Assembly (NCBI GenBank): GCA_963771075.1
Contig: CAVYSE010000011.1
Location: 224,001 to 288,000, forward strand
Direction of reading: 5' to 3'
DNA from: a candidate division FCPU426 bacterium
GTDB taxonomy: Bacteria; Oederibacteriota; Muellerivitia; Muellerivitales; Muellerivitaceae
Length of the DNA stretch: 64,000 nt
Positions 39,567 to 47,944 of this stretch are shown one piece after another. How positions within the stretch are numbered: position 1 is the first letter of the stretch; each line of letters starts with the position of its first letter. Both the position numbers and the translations under genes were made by a program. Below the pieces are notes generated by a model. It was given only the letters and a program-made list of their open reading frames with translations. It was not told the DNA's origin and did no database searches.

Positions 39567-42026
39567 TTGAAAATGACGCTACAAATATATCTTCGGAACT
39601 TCCTATTTCTACTGTTCGCGGGATTAATCGTTTCGGTTGTCCAAGCCCAAACCACTTCGACCTGTTCCCAATACCAAAGCGTGACCGTGGGTTCTTATAT
39701 CGTCCAAACGAATTATTGGAACCAGGGCACCTGCCCAGGAACTCAATGTGTGACCGTGGATAATACCACCGGAGCCTGGGGGGTGACCGAAGCCTCCTTT
39801 ACCTGCGCGCCCAATGTGGGCAGTTATCCTTCCATCTATTACGGGTGCCATTACGGTTCCGCCAGCCCCGGAACCAACTTGCCGATGCTCGAAAGCAGCC
39901 TCCAGTGCGTCACATCGAGTTGGAGCTTTTCGGTTCCCGCGGCCACCGGCGATTCCTACGACGTTGCTTATGACATCTGGTTCGCTCCCGCGTCCAAACC
40001 CACCTGCGCCAATGACAGCGGAGGCTATGCCAACGGCGCGGAGCTGATGATCTGGCTGAACTACATGGGCAATGTCCCGCTTCCGAATAATTCAGTGACG
40101 GTGACCACCGGATTATCCTTGGATGGTTATACCTGGAACCTCTACGAAACCCCTTCCGCCACCCTGGGGTGGACTTATATGTCCTACCAGATCACTTCCA
40201 ACGTTACTTCCGTCACCAACCTGGACCTGATGGCTTTTTTTAAGGACGCCCTCGCGCGCGGATTCATCCAATCTACCTGGTACCTCGCCGCGGTCGAGGC
40301 GGGAGACGAGATCCGGACGGGCGGTATCCCCTTTATTAGCAATTCCTTTTCTTGCGCGGTCAATAACGCCTGCCCCAACACGTTCACTCCGACTCAAACT
40401 CCTGTTTTGTCCTACACTCCAACTTTCACGCGCACCCCCACCCGCACGATAACATCGACACCGACTCCCTCGGTAACCCCAACGTCTTCCTCCACGGCCA
40501 CCCTGAGCCAGACCTATACCCTTTCTCCAACCCGGACGATTACCCCGCCCGGGACTTCCACGAATACCGTTACTTTTACCCCGACTTTCTCAAGCACGAG
40601 AACTTTCACCTATACCTTGACTACGACACCCACGGGAACCATCACCCAAACCGTTTCAAGGACTCCTACGGTTTCCATGACCCCCATCCTATCAACCACT
40701 TCAACCGTCACCCCCACCCATACCAATACGGTGACGAACACCCCCGTTTGGACCGGAACTTTTACGGCGACCCTTGTCAGTACAGCGACGCCAACCGCCT
40801 CGCCGACCCCAACTTTCACCGCGACCCTTACCCCTACCCTCACCCGTTCTTCCACCCCTACCTCAACCAGTACTCCGACCGCGACTGTCGTTTCGACCAC
40901 GACTACCACGCCGACACCCACTTCCACCTATTCCCGTACCATGACTAACACCTTCACCCCAACACCTTCTTCGACCCGAACCATAACCTTTACCCCGTCT
41001 ATTAGTTCCACTTATTCCCTAACCCCAACCACGACCCCTAGCGCCACTTCGACGAATACCCCGGTTTTGACCCCGACGGTGACCCGCACCTTTAGCCTCT
41101 CACCCGTTTCGACTTTGACTTCCACTGCGACTTTTACCTTTTCTGAGACAGCTTCTGCCACACCTACCTTGTCTCAAACGGCGACTCCGACAATTTCTCC
41201 CAGTCCCTCCCCAACCCATTCACCCACGCCCAGTTGGACCTTGACCTCCACTCCCATTTGGACGGGTACCATGACCCCATCAACGACGACAACCATGACG
41301 GATACCCCTTCCGCTACCTCCACGATGACCTCGACAGCCACCTCTTCGATGACCTTCACGAGGACCGTAACGCCGACGAACACCTTTACTCCCATCGCCC
41401 CCAACACGGTGACCGCAACCCAAACCCTAACTTCGACGCTTGTTTTTACGTCTTCAATGACCGCTACCTACACTGGCACCGCGACCACCACAAAAACTCC
41501 CACGTCGACTTCGACCCCAACCCGTACCGATACTGAGTCGCCGACGGCCACCTTCACAGGAACAACCACATCCACCGCCACCTCTACCTTAACCTCAATA
41601 TGGACCGGAACGGGTACCGCAACCGGAACCTTGACTCCGGTGAATTCGCCCACACCTTCGTTCACGGTGACCGCGTCCTTTACGATCACTCCCATCTTTA
41701 CGTCGACCCCCACCCCGACCCGGTTCTTTACACCTGTTGCGACGGCCATACCCGGCCGTCTGTGGATTTATCCCAACCCCGCGCCAGGAAACACGGTCCA
41801 GGTCCTGCCCGCTCCCTATTCCATCACCTCCAACGTCCGAATTGAGATCATCACCCTCGCTTTCCGGAAGGTGCAGGACATCACCTTTCCCCTGATTCCG
41901 CCTGGTACGGCAGTGACCTTGAACCTGACCGACCGTTCGGGCAATCTCCTTTCCGATGGCCTTTATTACCTGGTAGTGACGGTGAATGGAAACCAGACGA
42001 TCGGTAAACTATTGATCCTCAGGTAG
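39567..42026 (+). CDS. Secreted GH12 endoglucanase/xyloglucanase + ~460 aa stalk + CTD
   Basis: NYW, SYPSIYYGCHYG, YDVAYDIW, ELMIWLN, AVEAGDE; ends GKLLILR. Confidence 0.9.
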   Translation: MKMTLQIYLRNFLFLLFAGLIVSVVQAQTTSTCSQYQSVTVGSYIVQTNYWNQGTCPGTQCVTVDNTTGAWGVTEASFTCAPNVGSYPSIYYGCHYGSASPGTNLPMLESSLQCVTSSWSFSVPAATGDSYDVAYDIWFAPASKPTCANDSGGYANGAELMIWLNYMGNVPLPNNSVTVTTGLSLDGYTWNLYETPSATLGWTYMSYQITSNVTSVTNLDLMAFFKDALARGFIQSTWYLAAVEAGDEIRTGGIPFISNSFSCAVNNACPNTFTPTQTPVLSYTPTFTRTPTRTITSTPTPSVTPTSSSTATLSQTYTLSPTRTITPPGTSTNTVTFTPTFSSTRTFTYTLTTTPTGTITQTVSRTPTVSMTPILSTTSTVTPTHTNTVTNTPVWTGTFTATLVSTATPTASPTPTFTATLTPTLTRSSTPTSTSTPTATVVSTTTTTPTPTSTYSRTMTNTFTPTPSSTRTITFTPSISSTYSLTPTTTPSATSTNTPVLTPTVTRTFSLSPVSTLTSTATFTFSETASATPTLSQTATPTISPSPSPTHSPTPSWTLTSTPIWTGTMTPSTTTTMTDTPSATSTMTSTATSSMTFTRTVTPTNTFTPIAPNTVTATQTLTSTLVFTSSMTATYTGTATTTKTPTSTSTPTRTDTESPTATFTGTTTSTATSTLTSIWTGTGTATGTLTPVNSPTPSFTVTASFTITPIFTSTPTPTRFFTPVATAIPGRLWIYPNPAPGNTVQVLPAPYSITSNVRIEIITLAFRKVQDITFPLIPPGTAVTLNLTDRSGNLLSDGLYYLVVTVNGNQTIGKLLILR

Positions 42027-42148
42027 TTGCCAGGATTCGGTTTTTATTAGGCGCGGATTCAGTGGTTTTTCCTTATTCCGCAAACCTCGATCCTCCCAGA
42101 ATAAAATCTTACGTGACTATTTTTCGTGAAGCGGGTTAACCTGGGGGC

Positions 42149-43954
42149 ATGGCTAAACGCCCTTCCGAACCCTTCAAGAATATTTTTGAGTATGAAAGCT
42201 TCCTGACCATCCTTCGGTATTACGTCGACCTGAATTGTTTCGTTATTCCCGCCGACCCCGGGACGGGGGCGAAGGACTGGCTGGCGGTGAACTATCACCA
42301 GCGACAGGCCTCCCTGTTCGATTTCGAGAAAAAATACAACTGGAAATTTAATTGGGACAAATTAGTCGATCCCCTTTATGAGAGCCAACAGGGTAAGCAT
42401 CAACCGCTTCTCCTCGAGACACTGGGTTTTTACGATATTTTCATGCCCATCCGCCGGGGAAGGGAAAGGCTGGGGACCGTTTTTTCGGGAGCTTTCGCCA
42501 AGGGCGAAGTGACCTATCCCCTATTGCGGTCGAGTTGGAATCAATTGACAAGACAAACGGCGTCCCCTGAAAACGCGGAATTCCGGCAATTCGCGCGGGT
42601 GATGCTGGAAACCCCGGTATTCGATGACCCAACCCTCAATGCCTACCGGGAAGCCCTTGAATTGTTTGCCCGCGTGATGGCCTATGAGAACAATCCCCAC
42701 ACGGCCAAGAGGCTCCAGGAATTATTAACCCGGGTTTTCTCCAAGCGGTTTGTCCACAGTTACTTCATGGGTTGGGCCCTTGGGATTTCCACCCGCCAGG
42801 CCACACCGATTTGGAACATCGGCTTGGAAAAGATGGACTGGATCAAAACCGAAATCGGTATCACCCGTATCCCCACTTGCGTCCTGGCGGTCATCCCTTT
42901 AAATACCGCCGGAAAAAAGCGGGACGCGGTAGAGGAAATGATCCGGATCTACCGGTTTCAACGGCGCAGTTTCATGTTTGCCCAAACGCTTCCCCAAACC
43001 GTCGGAGGTCCACTCGAAAACTACGGGGCTCTTTTCGTTACCTCCCCCGACCCCGCCCCCAGCCGGCTCCAAAGGCGCAGGCGAATTTCCGACATCGCCG
43101 AACGAATCCATCAATTCGCCATGGAAGAGCTGGGCGGCCCGGTCCTAGTCGGGATCGGGGAGTCGGTTACTCCTGGAGAAATTTTAAGCGAATCCTACCG
43201 GCAGGCGGTATTGGCCCTGCACCTGGAAAGGGGGACGAGCAGCGGGGTGGCCTTTTTCAATCAGGGCCGAAAGGAAAAAAAAGAGGGTATATTGGAAATC
43301 ATGCGGTTGGTCCGTGAATTGAGCGGCCACATTATGAGTGCTTCCTACTCAAGCACGGACGCCGTTTTGGATGAGTTCCTCCAGCAGGTTCTCACCCTAT
43401 CCATGCAAGATCCGGAAGAAATACGCCGGCATTTACAATACGCGTTGATCCAATTGATCGAGGCGGTGAAAACCCGGGTTGGTTACCAGGATAAACTCTC
43501 CGACCAGCTGCGTGAACAACTGGTCCTTTCGCTGGAAAAAGCGGGGACCACGCAGGACACGGTCTTGGTATTCAAGGACGCGCTGGAAAAACTTTTGTAC
43601 ATGACCCAAGGACCGGGGACTTTGAACGCGGTGTTCTCCATGGAGGAAGTCCGGGCTTTCGTGGATGGACACTTCCGGGAACCGATCAAGCTCAAACGAC
43701 TGGCAAAGATGGCAAAGGTGTCCGTCTCAACCCTCAGCCGAAGGTTCAAGGCGGCGACCGGCGTGGGTTTGGAAAATTATCTCCAGAACTTGAAGTTGGA
43801 GGAGGCTCGGCGTTTGTTGAAGACCGGAAGCCTTCCGGTCGCCCAAGTGGCGAAGTTTTGCGGATTCAAGCCCGGCTCCCATTTTTCCAGATTTTTCAGA
43901 AAAAAAACGGGTATTTCCCCTCAACTGTTCCGAGTTAAGTCTCCGCGCGGTTAA
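42149..43954 (+). CDS. AraC-family regulator with a large N-terminal sensory region
   Basis: C-terminal double HTH (LAKMAKVSVSTLSRRFK; VAKFCGF...HFSRFFRKKTGISP); CdaR-like middle region VGIG...SYRQA. Confidence 0.88.
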   Translation: MAKRPSEPFKNIFEYESFLTILRYYVDLNCFVIPADPGTGAKDWLAVNYHQRQASLFDFEKKYNWKFNWDKLVDPLYESQQGKHQPLLLETLGFYDIFMPIRRGRERLGTVFSGAFAKGEVTYPLLRSSWNQLTRQTASPENAEFRQFARVMLETPVFDDPTLNAYREALELFARVMAYENNPHTAKRLQELLTRVFSKRFVHSYFMGWALGISTRQATPIWNIGLEKMDWIKTEIGITRIPTCVLAVIPLNTAGKKRDAVEEMIRIYRFQRRSFMFAQTLPQTVGGPLENYGALFVTSPDPAPSRLQRRRRISDIAERIHQFAMEELGGPVLVGIGESVTPGEILSESYRQAVLALHLERGTSSGVAFFNQGRKEKKEGILEIMRLVRELSGHIMSASYSSTDAVLDEFLQQVLTLSMQDPEEIRRHLQYALIQLIEAVKTRVGYQDKLSDQLREQLVLSLEKAGTTQDTVLVFKDALEKLLYMTQGPGTLNAVFSMEEVRAFVDGHFREPIKLKRLAKMAKVSVSTLSRRFKAATGVGLENYLQNLKLEEARRLLKTGSLPVAQVAKFCGFKPGSHFSRFFRKKTGISPQLFRVKSPRG

Positions 43955-44229
43955 ACGAGAAAATTTCCTGATTGAACCGGTTACTTTTCGCATGAAATAT
44001 AAGTCCATATGAATGACGTTTTTAGACCAACCACCTTTTCGGCTGACGTTGTGCCTTGTTTTACTTAGCGGTATCTTTTGAAAGCCGGGGATTTCCTTTA
44101 TTGAATAAAAGCGCTTCCTTGGCTTAAAAGGAAATCGTTTTTGGGAATGAGAAAGGCTGAATCCTTTCTCCGAAAAACAGAACGGGTCAAGACCGATAGT
44201 CCCGTCTAACTAAATGGAATGGTTCCAAA

Positions 44230-47200
44230 ATGATTTTTAAATCGAAACTTTGCCTAGTTTCGGCTTTTATACTAGGTATCTTCGGGGGAATGCTTTCGGG
44301 CGAGAACCGTGCCGAGGCGCAAACCGTCACGGTCACCTCCGGCACGACTTATCAAACCATCTCGGGTTTCGGCGCGTCCAGCCAATGGGACAACACCTTC
44401 TCATCCTCGCTCGCGGACACCTTCTGGTCGGACGATTCGAGCCAGCCTCCCGCCAGCCAGGTGAACGGCAATGTCGGTCTTTCCATCCTCCGCCTCGGAA
44501 TTGACGACTCCGGCAACGCCAACTGGGGTTCCCAATGCGCCTTCGCGACCCAGGCGCTGGGCATCAACCCCAACGTCAGGGTCTTCGGCAGCCCCTGGAG
44601 CCCGCCGGCCAAGTGGAAGAACAACAACAGCGTGGACGGCAATAACACCGGCAGCGACGGCTTCAATCCCGGCGCCAACACCAACCAGCTCAACACCGCG
44701 GAATTACGGCAGACTATGCCACCTACCTAACCAGCTTCGCCACCGCCTGCAAGAACACCTACGGCTTTACGCCCTACGCGATCTCGGTCCAGAATGAACC
44801 GGACTACGACCCCAGCTACGACGCCTGCCTTTGGTCGCCCTCGGCCATTGACACCTTCATCGGGACTTATCTCGGCCCGGACCTCAATGCCGCCGGCTTC
44901 ACCAACATCGTCATGATGCCGGAATCCTTCGCGGACAACTTGACCGGGGCCAACACCGCCATGGGAGATTCGAACGCGGCGAAATACGTGAAGGTCATCG
45001 GCATGCACCTCTACGGCGGCGGCCCCAACACCATCCCGTCCAGCTATTCCACCACGGCCGGCCACACCGTCGAAAGCTGGTGCACCGAAATCTCGGAAAA
45101 AACCAGCGACAACAACATCGACAGCGGCGTTTACTACGCCGGCCAGCTTCACAGCTGCATCGTGGACCACAATTTCAACGCCTATTGCTACTGGTGGCTC
45201 GTCCCAACCGGAACCGACGACGAGGGGCTCTGCGACAGAGCAGGCAACCCCACCAAGCGCCTCTACTACGATCGGCAATTACAGCAAGTTCATCCGCCCG
45301 GGTTACGTGCGCATCGGCGCCACCGAGGTGCCCTCGGCGGGCGTTTCCGTTTCCGCCTACTACAGCTCTACCGATGGGTAAGGTCGTGATCGTGGCCATC
45401 AACAGCAATACCGGCTCCACCGAGAGCGAGAACTTTCAACTACAGCGACCTGAACGTGTCTACGGTCTATCCCTGGATCACGGACTCGACCGATAACCTG
45501 GTCCAGCAGACGTCGGTGGCCGTCAGCGGAGGAAAATTTACCTATACCCTGCCGGCGGAAAGCGTGTGTCAGTTTCGTGGCATCGGTTTCCGGAGGCTCG
45601 ACCCCGACTACGACCCCCACCCCGACCCTGACTGGGACGAGAACGGGAACGCCTACCTATTCCTCCACTCCCACCGTCACCCGGACGTTGACTCCTGCCA
45701 ACTCCCCAACTTCGACCTTTACGAGGACCTTGACGGTTACCAGCACTTCCACACCGACCCAAACGACCACCCTCACCTCCACGGTGACTTCGACTCGCAG
45801 TTCCAGCCCGACATCGACCAACACTCCTTCTTCTACTTTCACAAACACAGTGTCTTATACAGCGACCCCCACCCGAACCTTGACGCCAGGAAACACCCCG
45901 ACATTAACGCCCACTTCCTCATCGACCCTGACAGCCACCCCGGTTTTCACGGCCACCGCGACGCCCACCCGGACTTCAACCGCGACGAATACCTCGACCG
46001 TTACTTGGACTTCCACTTCGACGCCCCCATTCACCCCGAGCGCTACTTTATCCTTCACGCCCTCACCCACCCAATCCACGACTCGGACTTTTACGGCGAC
46101 CAACAGCCCTTCCGCGACAACGACCTTCACCTCAACGAATACCCCGACTTCCACGAATACCACGACCCCAACCCGCACCCTGACTCCCACGGTCACCGGA
46201 ACCTCAACCGCCACTTTCCCCTTCAGCCCGACGGTGACTTTGTCTCCAACCTCCACCTTTACCGGCACTATGACCGCAACCCACACCTCCACAGGAACGT
46301 TCACGGGTACGGCAACATCCACCTCAACCTTTACCCCGACCCATACCTCCACCGCTACTTATACAGGTACCGGAACCTCCACGCCGACGGCCACCCATAC
46401 CTTGACGCCCACAAATTCCGCAACATCCACCGTAACGGGTACCTCCACGGCCACCTTCCCCTTCAGCCCTACGATTACCCTATCGCCGACGGTAACGCTG
46501 ACACCTACCTCGTCTTCCACTCCGACCGCCACCACCACCTTGACTTCGAGTTCTACCCCGACCTCGACCCATAGCCTAACGCCCACCGATACATCGACTG
46601 CCACGAAAACTCCGACCTTTACGCCGACGGCAACCAACACCCAGACGTGGTCGCCTACGGCCACCTTCCCCTATAGTCCGACGGTGACCCTGTCCCCCAC
46701 AACCACTTACACTGGCACGGATACGGCGACCCCCACTTGGACTTTCACCTCAACCTCCACCTTTACTTCGACTTCGACTCACACCTTCACGGCCACCGCC
46801 ACGGCCACCCCAACATCGACCCCCACTTCAACTTCGACGGCCAGTCATACTTTCACCGCCACTTCGACGCCAACCTCCACCCCCACCTTTACCACGACCC
46901 CCACGGTGACCTCGACGCGGACCTTTACCCCCACTTCAACCATGACTTCGACCTATACGTCGACCGCCACCGCGACCACGACCTTCACCCCGACCGAGAC
47001 TTTCACGCCCACCTCGGCCATCGTGAATATCAGCTCAACCTCATCCACCTTCAATACACTTTCCGGGTCCGCCGGCGTCACGGCAGTATCCGCGAACCTC
47101 AGCGATCCAAGCGCATTAGGGGTCAACCTCACGAATATCACGGTCAGCGACCTGGGCGGCAACGCGGCGAATGTCACATCCATCAGTGTTTATTTGAACG

Positions 47201-47880
47201 GAATACTTCAGTCTACCGTCTCCGGGTTCACCGGCAATACGGCCACGCTGAGTCTGGGTAATTTCCTGGTCTCGTCCTCGCCGGTCAATGTACAGGTATT
47301 GGTGAACTTCTCCCCCTCCGCCTTTGGCACCTATGAGTTCTCCGTCAGTGGGTTGACGGGAACCAGCGCCAATAACGGGGGACAGCCGGTGTCGATCACG
47401 GGCCTGCCGGTTTCGGGCAACACGGTGAACTGCCAGCAAGCCACGTCCACGCCCACCCAAACCTCCACACCCACCCACACCTACACCTATACCGCCACAC
47501 CGACGCTGACCCCCTCGGTGACATGGACCGCGACCTCCACCTGGACGATCTCGGCCACCAGGACCGGAACGATCACCCCGACCTTTACGCAAACGCCGGT
47601 ACCCCAAAAGATACCGATCCTTTATCCCAACCCGGTGACCGGACCGACGGTGAATGTGCTTCCGCCCAGTTACACGGGAATCTCGACGGTGAGGGTGGAG
47701 ATCTTCACGGTGAATTACCGGATGGTCGTGGATGAGACCTTCTATTCCGTACCCTCCGGAACCAGTGTGACCGTCAACCTGACGAGCAAATGGGGAAGCA
47801 CCCTGGCGAACGGATTGTATTACGTTGCCGTAACGGTGGATGGTCACCGTAGTATCGGAAAATTACTCGTATTGAGATAA
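44230..47880 (+). CDS. Secreted GH30 (xylanase-like) hydrolase + ~475 aa stalk + Ig-like insert + CTD, broken by about six +1 frameshifts
   Basis: YQTISGFGAS, GLSILR, SPWSPPAKWK, SVQNEPDY, WCTE, AYCYWW and SKFIRPG are recovered across changing frames; ends GKLLVLR. Confidence 0.85.
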
Positions 47881-47944
47881 GCAAGGCCAATCACGCGGGA
47901 TTTGAAGATCCCGCCGGGCCAACCATAGACAAGGGCCTTCGTGC

